Origin: Calditrichaceae bacterium
GTDB lineage: Bacteria > Calditrichota > Calditrichia > Calditrichales > JBFXGD01
Length of the DNA: 64,000 nt
Direction: 5' to 3'
Assembly (NCBI GenBank): GCA_050173015.1
Contig: JBFXLE010000005.1
Location: forward strand, 160,001-224,000
In this document: piece after piece, positions 22,534 to 33,802 of the stretch
Numbering within the stretch: position 1 is the stretch's first letter
How the letters are laid out: every line of letters starts with the position of its first letter
The notes under the pieces: generated by a model
What the model was told of the DNA's origin: nothing
The model's input: only the letters and a program-made list of their open reading frames with translations
Database searches by the model: none
Translations under genes and position numbers: made by a program

Positions 22534-22831
22534 ATCTTACCTTTCCATAAAATTGGACTGCCGGTGTATGGTTTTTGAATGAAAAAGGACCCAATTCCGG
22601 CAGATTATGGATCAATCACGGAATAAATTGCGGAAAATGAAGGGATTGATCAGCTTTTTTAAAAAAAAGTAATTAATTAAACCGGATATCCGATATAGAT
22701 ATTTCACAGAGGACAAGGAAAGTCCGTCAGACATTCGGGAATCCGCGTGAAAGAGATAATTTTATCTACATATTTAATGCATGATAATCATATAATAACT
22801 ACATGAAATTTTTTAATTAGCAGGAGGATGC

Positions 22832-24967
22832 ATGCGAATTATTACGGTAGTCCTTTTTATTTTATTTACGTCAAATGTGTTCGCGCAAACCGCAAAGGCA
22901 AAATTCTTTATCGGTGAAGTGCGGGTGAAAAAAGCAACCGAGCAGGGAACCTGGAAAAATCTTACTCTAAAAACTGAGTTGGAAAACAAAGATCTGATCA
23001 GAACAGGTGAGAAATCCCGCTGCGAGATCCTGCTCCCTGATGGTTCGATTACTTATATTTCGGAAAACTCAATGCTGGAGCTTCGAAATATCAGCAATCC
23101 GGAAACTTCGGGAATAGAGATATTTACCGGATTTGGAAAATTTCTGTTTAAGGTTAAAAAAATAATTTCAGGAAACTTCCGGGTAGGAAGTCCGGCGGCG
23201 GTTGTCGCCATCCGGGGAACGGAATTTATTCTTATTAATGAAGGCGGCCAGACAGAGTTGATGGTAAAAAGCGGAGTCGTGGATTTCAGCGATCCGGCGC
23301 TGGTGACAACATTGCAGGTTCAGACAGGCCAGAAGTCCGTCACCATCGCGGGTGAAGCGCCGCAAACTCCGATGGTATTGAGTGAAAAAGACCTGGACCT
23401 TTTCGATGAAATGACGTCACAACCGGAAGAAATGAATCAGGATTCGCCAGAAACCGAAGAAACGGCCAAACCGGCGACTAAAGAAATTAATCAGGAACCA
23501 CAGCCCTCCACCGGAGATGACGCGCAGAAGCCGGATAAACGATCAAGTGATGGCCCGGGATTTAGCGCGGGTGTTTCAGTCGGCGCCGTTTTGATAGATG
23601 ATCAGATTTATAACCAGATCGGGATCCGGCCGGAGTTTTCCATAGGCAAGCTGGGAGTGGCTCTTGATTTAAGTTTATATATGGATAAAGACGGCAATAT
23701 CCGTGATGAGAACTGGGATGAGTTTAGTGATATATTCGAAAAAATTTATTATGTCCGTTGGGGTCAGAAAGGCGATCCGTTTTATGTAAAGGCGGGGGCG
23801 ATTGATAATTATCGTCTTGGATACGGCTTGCTTATGAACCATTATTCAAACACTATTGAATATCCGACGGTAATACGTACGGGAATGGAACTCGGGCTTC
23901 AGGGGGATAAATTCGGATTTGAAGGGATGGTCAATGATTTTGGTGAACTATCCGATGGCGGTGGTTTGACGGCCGGCAGAGTCACATATAAGATCCTGGG
24001 CGATCTGGAAATCGGAGCGAGCGTTGTTTATGATGTAAACCAGTACAAGTCGCTAAAAGACAGAGATGGGGATGGTATTCCTGATTATATAGATGATCTG
24101 CCTGATGATAAAAAATACTCGGTTGACACGGATGGCGACGGCGTGCCTGACGCGCTGGATCCTGACAGGGACGGTAACGGCTACTCCGACAATTACGCGG
24201 TTCTTCCGGATTCATCCTATTATAACGATGATCAGTTTAATGAAGGTAAATTAAAGAAAACCCCGTTTGATGTGGATGACGCGGATAATAAATCACAAAT
24301 AGGTTTCGCGCTGGATATCGCATACCCATGGATCAATTTTGATTATTTGAAACTGATCACCTATGGCCAGGTCGCGAAATTCGGCAACGACGGTGGATGG
24401 GGTATCGCGGCTCCGGGCGTGATGGCAAAGTTCGCGTTTATCAATGCGTATGCGGAATACCGTATTTATGATGAAAAATTTATTCCTGAATATTTTAACA
24501 CAACTTACGAACTGGAACGCGCGGTATTTACAACAGACAGTACCGGACAGCTGGTACCATATACAAAGAGACAACTTTTGGAATCGCTGAATGATAAAGC
24601 GACCGGTTTTGTGGTCGGCGCGGATTTTGATATTTTAAGTCTTATGATATTCGGGGCGGAATATCAACATATGAATAAAAGTGAAATCGAATTCAAAACT
24701 TTCAGGGCAAATCTGGACCTGAATACAAGCTTCCTGCCGAAAATCAACAGGGCCGGCGCCTATTATATCCAAAATAATGTTGTGGATCTGTTTGAAAAAA
24801 GTCCGGGGACGATATTGGGTTACCGTTTTGAATACGAGATCAGCGGAAATGCCTCGCTGTTGCTTGACTTCCGGCAGAATTACCGTGATTTAAACGGCGA
24901 CGGAAAAATCTCAGGGTCAAATGAGACCGTTAGAACAACAAATGTCCAGACGGTTTTCAGGTTTTGA
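22832..24967 (+). CDS. FecR-domain protein fused to probable beta-barrel with DxDxDG Ca-binding repeats
   Basis: Signal peptide; IRTG..S, AIRGTEF (FecR); acidic linker; DRDGDG/DTDGDG/DRDGNG; terminal VQTVFRF. Confidence 0.75.
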   Translation: MRIITVVLFILFTSNVFAQTAKAKFFIGEVRVKKATEQGTWKNLTLKTELENKDLIRTGEKSRCEILLPDGSITYISENSMLELRNISNPETSGIEIFTGFGKFLFKVKKIISGNFRVGSPAAVVAIRGTEFILINEGGQTELMVKSGVVDFSDPALVTTLQVQTGQKSVTIAGEAPQTPMVLSEKDLDLFDEMTSQPEEMNQDSPETEETAKPATKEINQEPQPSTGDDAQKPDKRSSDGPGFSAGVSVGAVLIDDQIYNQIGIRPEFSIGKLGVALDLSLYMDKDGNIRDENWDEFSDIFEKIYYVRWGQKGDPFYVKAGAIDNYRLGYGLLMNHYSNTIEYPTVIRTGMELGLQGDKFGFEGMVNDFGELSDGGGLTAGRVTYKILGDLEIGASVVYDVNQYKSLKDRDGDGIPDYIDDLPDDKKYSVDTDGDGVPDALDPDRDGNGYSDNYAVLPDSSYYNDDQFNEGKLKKTPFDVDDADNKSQIGFALDIAYPWINFDYLKLITYGQVAKFGNDGGWGIAAPGVMAKFAFINAYAEYRIYDEKFIPEYFNTTYELERAVFTTDSTGQLVPYTKRQLLESLNDKATGFVVGADFDILSLMIFGAEYQHMNKSEIEFKTFRANLDLNTSFLPKINRAGAYYIQNNVVDLFEKSPGTILGYRFEYEISGNASLLLDFRQNYRDLNGDGKISGSNETVRTTNVQTVFRF

Positions 24968-24990
24968 TAATTAATTTGTGTTGAATTATG

Positions 24991-25027
24991 AAGCGTAATA
25001 CCCAAAAGGTATTGCGCTTTTTTTTTT
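24991..25027 (+). terminator. intrinsic terminator
   Basis: AAGCGTAATACC-CAAAA-GGTATTGCGCTT followed by a T-run. Confidence 0.85.
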
Positions 25028-25221
25028 GATAATCGAGCTGTTTGGCCTTCAAATTACCAGATAAATTTGAACTGAAAAATCGCCGCGAAAAATTATTTTA
25101 AATATTTATTCATTTTTGATTGTTTTCATTTGTCATTTTTGTTATCTATATCTTACGGAAATCGCAAAACAAAATTTGTGATCCAAAAATAAATAAATTA
25201 TAATTCGAATCAAATTGGAGA

Positions 25222-25491
25222 TTGCTAATGCAAAAACAAACAGCAATAAATTTGATTGAAGAAACCCGTTATTTAATCGGGAAAGACATAGAACTTAAAA
25301 GATTAGATCTGGATTCCGATAAATACAGCACAGAAACATTTAAAATTCTGGATAATTCTTCAATTATATCTTTAACGAATCCTTCGAGCTCCAGGGTCTG
25401 TCTTGATGTATATGCAAAAGTTGAAAATCAGATGACCAGTGAAGTTCTTCATATCTCCCTGAAAAAACTGGCAGAACTGTATCTCTCATAA
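25222..25491 (+). CDS. small hypothetical protein
   Basis: GGAG RBS; fills intergenic gap; start may be ATG 25228. Confidence 0.6.
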   Translation: MLMQKQTAINLIEETRYLIGKDIELKRLDLDSDKYSTETFKILDNSSIISLTNPSSSRVCLDVYAKVENQMTSEVLHISLKKLAELYLS

Positions 25492-25515
25492 CGCCCGGAT
25501 TTATAGCCACCGCAA

Positions 25516-26574
25516 TCAGGGAAATTTAAGTTCAATCCCAAATCGCGGTTTTCCCCGCAGATTTAATTTGAACGGATCTGATTCCGAATCAACGTTTTGA
25601 CCGACCCGGTAGCCTGATTTGAGTTTGTTTGCAAATTCGAGACTGTATCCGGCAAACAGGTGAATATCAACCACATCAAGTGAAATCCCTCCTCCGATGC
25701 CGATAATCGGCTCGAGAATTTCCGCCATTCTGAGCCCCCCCAGCAGGTGGATAGATGTGCCGATGGTTTTGGCCTTCGTGTCTACCGGTTTCAGATGATA
25801 GTTTATCACCCCGAATCCCGCCACGTCCGCCGACGGTTTAGGGCGGATGATAATTTTTCCGTCGCTGCCCACTTTCAGATCCACATCATCAGCGCTGGTT
25901 ACCGCCAGAGCGATACCATAACTCCATCGTTCAAGAGAAGTGTTGTCAAATACGGCGCTGGCAAGTACGTTTGGAGATGAAAGATCTTCTTTTACGATGA
26001 TAGACAGGTCACTGAATTTTTGATATGATTTTGGAATGGTGAATTTACGGATGTCAACCCAGGTTTCCTGACCCGCCAGACCGGGGAGCGCCTGTGCCCG
26101 GGTAAATGGACCGAACAGTCCCAGAAAACCCGGAAGATTTTCAAGAAAAGGAGAACTTTTTGCGGTTGCCATCAGGGAAATAAATGAAGGGGCCTGTGGT
26201 GAGCGGGAGATAAAAATATAATACAGGTTATCCTCCTTTAATCCATAAAGACGAGTGTTGAAGAAGTCCGTATTTTCATGCAGGATACCCATTGGCGCGA
26301 ACTCATCCATAAAATGGGCAACCACAATATAATAGTTTTTTGGATCAAGCTTATATCCCGCGCCTTCGATGACTTTCTTCAGATTAAAGACGGCGCTGTC
26401 GGCCTGATTCTCAAGAAACCAGCGATACGCCTTGCCGTAGTATTCTTCACTGTCATCATAAACGAATGGCGCGCCGGGAATTTGCTTTGGAACCAGAATG
26501 GTTCTCTCCTGGGCATAGACTGTTGTTACCAGGAAAACAGTGCACATAATGATGTTAATACAGATATGACGCAT
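25516..26574 (-). CDS. secreted hypothetical protein with beta-rich C-terminus
   Basis: Signal peptide VYA-Q; 352 aa. Confidence 0.7.
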   Translation of the reverse strand: MRHICINIIMCTVFLVTTVYAQERTILVPKQIPGAPFVYDDSEEYYGKAYRWFLENQADSAVFNLKKVIEGAGYKLDPKNYYIVVAHFMDEFAPMGILHENTDFFNTRLYGLKEDNLYYIFISRSPQAPSFISLMATAKSSPFLENLPGFLGLFGPFTRAQALPGLAGQETWVDIRKFTIPKSYQKFSDLSIIVKEDLSSPNVLASAVFDNTSLERWSYGIALAVTSADDVDLKVGSDGKIIIRPKPSADVAGFGVINYHLKPVDTKAKTIGTSIHLLGGLRMAEILEPIIGIGGGISLDVVDIHLFAGYSLEFANKLKSGYRVGQNVDSESDPFKLNLRGKPRFGIELKFP

Positions 26575-26624
26575 GATACCCCCAATCTTTTACATGCGGT
26601 GAATTATTAAATCATAAAAGATAT

Positions 26625-27671
26625 TTACTGTTTTTCAATAAATAATGTTTGGGTCGGATAGGCAAACTCAATTTTATTCTCCCCGAATTTACGGATGAGC
26701 TCCAGATTGATTCCCTGTTGCGTATCCATATAAACAGTGTAATCAGGACTTTCCATCCAATAAACGATTTCAAAATTAAGAGAAGAATCGCCAAAGCCTT
26801 TAAAATGCGCTCTGTCAAACCGGGCCAAATCCTGTTTGGTGATAATATCTTTAATCATTCCGGGAATGGCTTTCAAATTATCCGCAGAGGTCTGATAAGT
26901 CACGCCTATGGAGAATACGACCCGACGCTCGGACATCCTTTTATAGTTGCGAATCCGGCTATTCAGCAAATCACTGTTTGAAAATACAAGCTGTTCTCCG
27001 GAAAGGCTGCGAATACGGGTTGTTTTTAAACCGATGTGTTCGATGGTCCCCATATAACTGTCAATAATGATAAAGTCTCCGAGAACAAACGGCTTGTCCA
27101 GAATGATTGAAAGCGACGCGAACAAATCACCGAGCACATTTTGTACCGCGAGGGCAACCGCGATACCACCAACGCCCAGACCCGCAACAAGCGCTGTGAC
27201 ATTTATGCCGAGGTTGTCAAGGGCGAGGAGGCTGATGACGGACCACAGAATAAGCCGGCTGACAAATCCAAGGGCAGAAAAAGTTGTCGCGCTGGCAGCG
27301 TCTTCTTCCATTTTTTGACTTTGGTAACGCTTTAACCAGTAGTTGATAATTTCGCTTCCCCAAATCGCGCCCTGAAACAACAATGAAATAATGAGCAGCT
27401 TAATCATGATTTCTCTGCCTGTTTCGGGAAGCGAGAGATACAGGGAGCCGGTATATACAGAAACATAAATTAAAAACCAGAGTTTGATTTTATCGATCAA
27501 TCCGGCAATCATATCATCAATATCAGTTTTTGTCCTTTTTGCCAGGGATAGAATGCGCCGGTGCAGCAGGCTTTTTATAATACGCAGACCGATCAGAACT
27601 AAAACCGCGATAATAATTACCGTTAACCAGGACTTGAAGGTGTTGTTATAAAAAACCTGATCAAAAAACAT
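26625..27671 (-). CDS. mscS: small-conductance mechanosensitive channel family protein
   Basis: GLGVGGIAVALAVQN, DKPFVLGD, IGLKTTRIR, FAYPT. Confidence 0.93.
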   Translation of the reverse strand: MFFDQVFYNNTFKSWLTVIIIAVLVLIGLRIIKSLLHRRILSLAKRTKTDIDDMIAGLIDKIKLWFLIYVSVYTGSLYLSLPETGREIMIKLLIISLLFQGAIWGSEIINYWLKRYQSQKMEEDAASATTFSALGFVSRLILWSVISLLALDNLGINVTALVAGLGVGGIAVALAVQNVLGDLFASLSIILDKPFVLGDFIIIDSYMGTIEHIGLKTTRIRSLSGEQLVFSNSDLLNSRIRNYKRMSERRVVFSIGVTYQTSADNLKAIPGMIKDIITKQDLARFDRAHFKGFGDSSLNFEIVYWMESPDYTVYMDTQQGINLELIRKFGENKIEFAYPTQTLFIEKQ

Positions 27672-27812
27672 GAAATATCTCCTTTGTTTTAAAGAACCGG
27701 GAAAAATGCCAACATGGAAATTTATTAAAAATTGTCAGAAAGTAATATGTTTCTAATAAAAACTACCCTTCATATTATGTTACTAAATAAATTCAAAGTC
27801 AATACTTTAGAT

Positions 27813-28721
27813 TTATTCATACGGTGGTGACTTGTCACTGTTTTTTGGTTTTGTATTTGGAAAAGTCCAGTTGATCTCCGCGGTGATCATCCCGAATACA
27901 ATTAGCAGGCCTCCGAGCCACCCGGTAAAAGGCAAAATTTCTCCCGCGATCAGAAAGGCAAACAAAGCGGCAAATACCGGTTCCATGGAGAAAACAAGCG
28001 CGGTTCGCGTGGCGGTGGTGAATCGCTGCATAGCTGTCTGCATCAAAAATGTATACACGGTGCCGAAAAGCGCGAGATAAAGCAGCACGTAAAGATAAAT
28101 AGTCGTCGGAATAAAACCCGGACTTTCTGAAAAGGGTAAAGTGGAAAGGCTTAAGATCGAAACCGCGATGAGCTGAACGGCGGTCAGAACATAGATGTTA
28201 TGCAGACGGGCGTATTTTCCGGTCAGGATGACATGAAAAGTAACCGAGAAGGTGCACACGAGAACCAGATAATCACCATAATTCCATTTAAGAGGATTAC
28301 CGCCTGAAAGCAGCAAAAGCCCCGCCGTTGCCAGAGCGACACCGGCAAGAGAATTTAGTCGCGGGTGAGCGCGAAAGAACAGGATACCAAATGCCGGAAC
28401 AAAGACGACGGAAAGTCCGGTGATAAATCCGGCGTTTGAAGCGCTCGTGTGCTGGATACCCCACATCTGAAACAGGTAAGAGATAAAAAGGAAAATACCA
28501 AGAATCGCGCCGTGTGTGACTGTTGAACGGTCAATAAGTTTTCGATGGGGTATCGCGATCAGCGTCATAAAAAAGGCGGCAAGAGAAAGGCGAATCGCCA
28601 GGAACGTCTGAAGGGGAACGGACTCAAGGGTCAATTTGGAAATAATAAACGTCGTTCCCCAAAAAACGGTAACGGACAATAGCAAAAGATCGGCCCTGGT
28701 TTTTGATATCTGTTTTGTCAT
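27813..28721 (-). CDS. EamA/DMT family transporter
   Basis: About 10 TM; FWGTTF, SASNAGFITGL, EPVFA. Confidence 0.92.
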   Translation of the reverse strand: MTKQISKTRADLLLLSVTVFWGTTFIISKLTLESVPLQTFLAIRLSLAAFFMTLIAIPHRKLIDRSTVTHGAILGIFLFISYLFQMWGIQHTSASNAGFITGLSVVFVPAFGILFFRAHPRLNSLAGVALATAGLLLLSGGNPLKWNYGDYLVLVCTFSVTFHVILTGKYARLHNIYVLTAVQLIAVSILSLSTLPFSESPGFIPTTIYLYVLLYLALFGTVYTFLMQTAMQRFTTATRTALVFSMEPVFAALFAFLIAGEILPFTGWLGGLLIVFGMITAEINWTFPNTKPKNSDKSPPYE

Positions 28722-28791
28722 AATACGCAGGTCTCTCCGCTTTGCCGTTTAAAAGAAAAAATAAATTCAAAAAGTTGAGTCATGATATCTA

Positions 28792-29301
28792 TCAGTATTT
28801 ATCATGATCGTGATCGTTTTCTTCATCTTCATCATGATCTTCTTTATTCTTTTCGGTTAAAGCGGAGCCGGTATTTGATGTCATACCGGTCCATGATTGG
28901 ATGAGCGCCAGGTCAGTCCGGCTGAGTCTTGCGTCGCTATGGATTAAAGTGTATTGCCAAAGCGGCATTTCACCTTCAGAAACTTCCTCCCATATCTCTT
29001 TGATTTTTTTGTTTCTTTTTTCAGCATCAAAACGATTCCAGGTAGAGAAATTAAGCTCTTTTCTAGCCTCTTTTACATCGTATGCCACAAGCCATGAGGC
29101 CGGCGCCACATAACTGTACCAGGGCCATTTGACTTCATTTGAATGACAGTCATAGCAGGCGCGTTTAAGAACGGTTTTAACTTCATCCGGAGCGGGTACT
29201 TCCGTTTCCACAGGCGGATTAGACCGGGATACGGGAACAAGCTGTATGGCGGCGAAAAAAAGGACAATAACAATGAGTGATGTACGTTTAATGTTTTTCA
29301 T
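28792..29301 (-). CDS. heme-binding domain protein (Haem_bd-type cytochrome c)
   Basis: ACYDCHS, WPWYS, LNFSTW, EMP; His/Asp-rich tail. Confidence 0.85.
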   Translation of the reverse strand: MKNIKRTSLIVIVLFFAAIQLVPVSRSNPPVETEVPAPDEVKTVLKRACYDCHSNEVKWPWYSYVAPASWLVAYDVKEARKELNFSTWNRFDAEKRNKKIKEIWEEVSEGEMPLWQYTLIHSDARLSRTDLALIQSWTGMTSNTGSALTEKNKEDHDEDEENDHDHDKY

Positions 29302-29329
29302 GGCGAAAGATCTCCCAATTTATTCTGTT

Positions 29330-30493
29330 TCAGTGAGATTTTTTTAAAGCCTGATCAAAATCGTAAATAATATCATCAACATCTTCAATACCGATGGAAA
29401 CGCGGATAAGGTGGTCTGATATACCCAGATTTTTTCTGTCGCTTGTGGAAAGGCCTGAGTGTGATGTTGTCGCCGGACGCGTCAGCAGAGTTTCGACACC
29501 GCCGAGACTGGGAGCGATGATAGGAATGGTGGTGTTTTGCATAAATTTTTTCGCGGCAACGACGCCTCCTTTTGGTTCAAAGCTAAGCATACCCGAGAAG
29601 CCGTCAAACAGTTTTACCGCGCGGAAATATCCCTCATTGCTCTCGAGTCCGGGATAGTTCACATTTTTTATATCCGGATGATTTTCCAGAAATTTCGCAA
29701 CTTTTAATCCGCTTTCATTATGCTGTTTCATTCTCAAAACAAGCGTTTTCATGCCCCGGTGCAGTAAAAAACAGGCATGAGGATCGAGCGCGCCTCCGAG
29801 CAGTTTTAGTTTCAGGGCGGCTCTTTCAACCAAATCTGCTTTTCCGATCACCGCGCCGGCAACGATATCCGAATGTCCGTTTAAATACTTTGTGCCGCTG
29901 TGAAGGGAAAGATCAAATCCGAATTCCGGCGGTCTGAAATTGACAGGGCTGGCAAAGGTGTTGTCAATCATCGAAATAAGACCGTTTAATTTTGAAAATT
30001 CAACGACCGCCTGAAGATCCGCCACCTGCAGAAGCGGATTGGTCATGCTCTCTACATAAATAACTTTAGTATTGGATTTTATTTTGGTTTTCCACGTATC
30101 CGGATGCCGGGCGTCGATGAAATCATAACCAATGCCGTATTCCGGCAGCACCTGAGTAATAAAGGTGTGCGCGCCTCCGTAAAGACAATCCTGAGCGAGA
30201 AGGTGATCCCCGGAGCGAAGGCAGCTTAGCAGAGCGGCGGATATGGCTGCCATTCCGCTTCCGGCAACCAAAGCGGATTCAGCGTTTTCCAAAGCCGCCA
30301 GCTTTAGATTTAACGCGATATGGTTTGGTGTATTGTTCAGACGGATATATTTAAGCATCTCATGATCGCCTTCGCCTTTGAATTCGTACATGGCGGTTTG
30401 AAATATCGGCATACTTACCGCACCGCTGATTAGAGGGTCGGGTTCGCCGGCATGAATGACTTTTGTGGCGAGTTTATCGGAGTTGTTTTTCAT
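29330..30493 (-). CDS. PLP-dependent trans-sulfuration enzyme (cystathionine gamma-synthase/lyase, Met gamma-lyase family)
   Basis: SGMAAI, DNTFA, HSGTKYLNGHSD, SLGG, RVSIGIE. Confidence 0.92.
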   Translation of the reverse strand: MKNNSDKLATKVIHAGEPDPLISGAVSMPIFQTAMYEFKGEGDHEMLKYIRLNNTPNHIALNLKLAALENAESALVAGSGMAAISAALLSCLRSGDHLLAQDCLYGGAHTFITQVLPEYGIGYDFIDARHPDTWKTKIKSNTKVIYVESMTNPLLQVADLQAVVEFSKLNGLISMIDNTFASPVNFRPPEFGFDLSLHSGTKYLNGHSDIVAGAVIGKADLVERAALKLKLLGGALDPHACFLLHRGMKTLVLRMKQHNESGLKVAKFLENHPDIKNVNYPGLESNEGYFRAVKLFDGFSGMLSFEPKGGVVAAKKFMQNTTIPIIAPSLGGVETLLTRPATTSHSGLSTSDRKNLGISDHLIRVSIGIEDVDDIIYDFDQALKKSH

Positions 30494-30668
30494 AAGCCCC
30501 CCAAGTTAAAAATTTACAATGATAAAATCAGAGTTTCTAACGTTAAAATTATATAAAAAGACACAATCCGGGCAATTAATTTCTAATATTTGATTTAATC
30601 CCAATATAAACGCTTCAACACTCTTAGGGGAGATAAATGTTCCGGCGGTGGATGTTTTCTGAGTCAGG

Positions 30669-31388
30669 TCAAAACCTGGATGAAGAATCCGGGTAAAGGA
30701 TCTCCATCGGAAAGCCGTAAGCGTCTTTATCGGGATGTTCCGGGATGCTTTTAATCATCTCCGGCGGAGACGCGGCGGTGACGGCGAGAATCAGCGCGTC
30801 GAGAATATCATCTCTGGCGACATCACTCCGTTTGAAGCGGCTTAATGCCGTGTTATAAATTTTCGGCAGTGATAATTGGATGTTGTTGAGTATTTGTAAA
30901 CGCTTATTAACTCCATGAATGGTCTTCTTACTGTTTTTTAAGGGTTGGCCGTTTAATGACTGAAAACAGATTTCCGGATGGGATTCATGTATTTTAATCC
31001 GCGCTTGGCCTTGTGAGGATAATAAGATGTCCGTTTGCCGGATTTTTGGAATGATATTCCATGTCTGAACGGATAATTTTTTACCCAGGGTTTTCTGGTT
31101 GATCAATGAGGCGTCCCTGTAATTCGCCGCGTAAACCGCGTCACGGCATGGGGCGGGGAAAATACTTGAAGGGCGGGATTTTAATATCTTCCGGGCAAGG
31201 ATATCGCATTCTCTCGCCCGCGAGGAGGGCAGGCCAATGGGGATATCGATCAAAATCATGGAAGACTCCCGAAACTCATCCCAAAGCATGGCGAGTTCCG
31301 GGAATAGCTTTAATTCGCCGTTAAAATCAGTATCGATACCGGCGGCAATCCACCCGGCGCGGCAACCGTCAACTCCAACGAATCTCAT
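30669..31388 (-). CDS. DUF429 domain protein (RNase H-like)
   Basis: GVDGCRAGW, IDIPIGL, ESHPE, DDILDA. Confidence 0.85.
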   Translation of the reverse strand: MRFVGVDGCRAGWIAAGIDTDFNGELKLFPELAMLWDEFRESSMILIDIPIGLPSSRARECDILARKILKSRPSSIFPAPCRDAVYAANYRDASLINQKTLGKKLSVQTWNIIPKIRQTDILLSSQGQARIKIHESHPEICFQSLNGQPLKNSKKTIHGVNKRLQILNNIQLSLPKIYNTALSRFKRSDVARDDILDALILAVTAASPPEMIKSIPEHPDKDAYGFPMEILYPDSSSRF

Positions 31389-31392
31389 TTTA

Positions 31393-32730
31393 TTAATTTG
31401 TCAATCCGCGTTCATAATACCAATCTTCAAGCTTCAGATAACCTCTCAATGCTCCGGCGGTTATGATACGCAAGGGTTCCGGCGGCCAGGGGATAACTCG
31501 CGGATTAACAAATGGGCTGTCGGTCAGGTCGGTCTGTCGTTCAAGGAGCATATCACACATGGTTTTGGCATTCAGGTGACTCATAGACACACCATGACCA
31601 ATGCACCCGATGGAATAAACCGCGTTTTTGTTTTTGATATATCCCATCGCGGGAGTCAGGGTAACGGTCACCGAAAAAGGGCCGCCCCATCGATGGCTGA
31701 TTTTTACATTTGCCAGAGAGGGAAACAAAAATCGCAGATGATTATCAAGATGATTCCATGCCGCCTTGCTCTCGTCGCCGTGAAGATCGTTCGCGTAAGT
31801 TAATCCGACGGGACCGCCTCCGATCACAACACGCTTATCCGGCGTAATGCGGTAGTAATGAATAAGATTGCGGGCATCCTCCACGCCTTCCTGACCCAGC
31901 CAGCATATCGGTTCAAGCTGTTCGGAAGATAGAGGTTCGGTAGCGATCATATATGTAAAAGCCGGAATTTGCTTTCTTTTTAGATCTGGAAACAGGTGCG
32001 AATAAGCGTTTGTAGCAAAAACCAGTTTTTCGGCGGTCACCGCGCCCCGGGGAGTTTTCAGTATGAAGTTGTTTTTTGAGTTGATTTCGATCACGGGTGT
32101 GTTCTCATATATTTTAACACCATGCCGTTTTGCCAGATCTTTTTCCTGCCGCACCAGTTTGGCGGGATTGACAAGAAGCAATCTCGGTTCCAGCATAGCT
32201 CCGAGATACCTTTCGGAATTGACCCTGGAGCGTGTCTCTTTGGATTCGATCCAGCTAATATCATCGAAACCCAGAGAATTCATTAGTTCAATATCATGTT
32301 TTAGTCTGTTAACATACCCGGGAGTGGTGGCGGCGCGCAGAAAACCGGGTCTGATCTTATCACACTCCAGTTTTTCGAAAGTGATCAGCTCATCGAGATG
32401 ATCCACCGCCCGCATCATGTAATGGTGGGCTTCGCGGACATATTCTTTTCCCCTCAGCATGGCGGTAACTCCAAAACCGAGACCCACGACGGTCATGGCA
32501 AAGGAACCGTTTCTGCCGCTCGCGCCATAACCGATCGTTTTCGATTCAATAAGCGCGACACTCATTCCGGGTTCAGCTAGTTTTAATTCACGGGTGGTGG
32601 CGACACCCGTAAAACCGCCTCCGATTATTGCGGTATCAACAGTAATATCTTCACTGATGGGTGGATCCGGCGAATAATCACCGTAGGTATCCAGCCATAA
32701 TGAAAGCGGGGAGTCCGGAAAGATTTGCAT
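31393..32730 (-). CDS. FAD-dependent oxidoreductase (DAO/PuuB-like)
   Basis: [24 protein letters not shown]. Confidence 0.9.
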   Translation of the reverse strand: MQIFPDSPLSLWLDTYGDYSPDPPISEDITVDTAIIGGGFTGVATTRELKLAEPGMSVALIESKTIGYGASGRNGSFAMTVVGLGFGVTAMLRGKEYVREAHHYMMRAVDHLDELITFEKLECDKIRPGFLRAATTPGYVNRLKHDIELMNSLGFDDISWIESKETRSRVNSERYLGAMLEPRLLLVNPAKLVRQEKDLAKRHGVKIYENTPVIEINSKNNFILKTPRGAVTAEKLVFATNAYSHLFPDLKRKQIPAFTYMIATEPLSSEQLEPICWLGQEGVEDARNLIHYYRITPDKRVVIGGGPVGLTYANDLHGDESKAAWNHLDNHLRFLFPSLANVKISHRWGGPFSVTVTLTPAMGYIKNKNAVYSIGCIGHGVSMSHLNAKTMCDMLLERQTDLTDSPFVNPRVIPWPPEPLRIITAGALRGYLKLEDWYYERGLTN

Positions 32731-32852
32731 GAGATTCTCCTGAATTACAAATGGCGCGTCTGAATGTAAAGAAGTGATATTAAGTTAAATTAATTTATTT
32801 CACATTTCAATCGACGATCAACCATGAGACCGCATCTTTATCATTATACATG

Positions 32853-33674
32853 CTAAAGTTTAAATCCGGGTCCTATAATTGAGATATGAATCAGCAGGAT
32901 TATGATGGAGGCCATAATCCAGAACCAATTTAATTCAACTTCCAAAGGTTTCAGCGGTTGTTTCTTAAACCAATTAGTCTTAAAAAGCTGCGACATCCAG
33001 GCTAAGGCGGAAGTTCCTCCAAAAGATGAGGCGGCGGAAGTGATAACAAATAACATGGAGATCGGATTTAGAAACGCGCCGATAGTCGATGCCGCGCTGC
33101 CGGAAAGATAGGGAATGACCGTTAATATTAGCGCGCGCTTTAAGCGGTTTGAATCATCTTCGCCGATTAATAAATTTAATTCGCGGAGTGAAATCCAAAT
33201 GGATATAACGTATAAAACAGCGCCGGTAAGGATTAATATTACTCTCCAGAACCAGAAAAATTCAACGCCCTCAATCACATGAATCCAGTCCCCAAAACCG
33301 ATGATGCCGGAGAATAAGGGATAACCGGTGGCGGTTAACAGATTCACGGTCATAGACAGCCAAAGGAAAAATCGCCATTCCGATGAACGCACACGGATTT
33401 TTTTTAACATTACCCAAAAAAAGAGCCCTGTTAATAAGTTGACAATACTGCCCGCGCTGGCGATCAGCCGCCGGAGGGAATCGCTCATTGTCTCATGGTC
33501 ATACTCAAAGTAGGCGGTGGAGAAGGAGACAGGATCACCCCCGGAAAGGTAACACGCTCCACCGTGACCGATCAGTTCATGCAAAATGTTTTGAATAATA
33601 TAGACGATGACGGATATGGCTATGATTGTTAGAATGTTGATGTTTAAACCGGGCTTAACTGATTGGTGATTCAT
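32853..33674 (-). CDS. multi-pass membrane protein, possibly M50-like peptidase
   Basis: LHELIGH, AGSIVN, GDW; about 7 TM. Confidence 0.6.
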   Translation of the reverse strand: MNHQSVKPGLNINILTIIAISVIVYIIQNILHELIGHGGACYLSGGDPVSFSTAYFEYDHETMSDSLRRLIASAGSIVNLLTGLFFWVMLKKIRVRSSEWRFFLWLSMTVNLLTATGYPLFSGIIGFGDWIHVIEGVEFFWFWRVILILTGAVLYVISIWISLRELNLLIGEDDSNRLKRALILTVIPYLSGSAASTIGAFLNPISMLFVITSAASSFGGTSALAWMSQLFKTNWFKKQPLKPLEVELNWFWIMASIIILLIHISIIGPGFKL

Positions 33675-33802
33675 TTTATCTCTTCTTTTTATCAGTTGGG
33701 GTTAATTAATATAAACTTTTTACCAAAAATTCAAAATATTTAAGAAAAACGGTCTGAACCTTGGTTAAGAAAGTAGAAAGTAGAAAGTAGGAAGTAGGAA
33801 GT

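Noticed and set aside
22708-22760. RNase P RNA (GGAAAGTCCG)
   Set aside because: Only a short match; no downstream conserved RNase P elements and not enough space before the next CDS
31237-31803. 188-aa plus-strand ORF and other short nested ORFs across the window
   Set aside because: Antisense or out-of-frame to well-supported genes; no motifs
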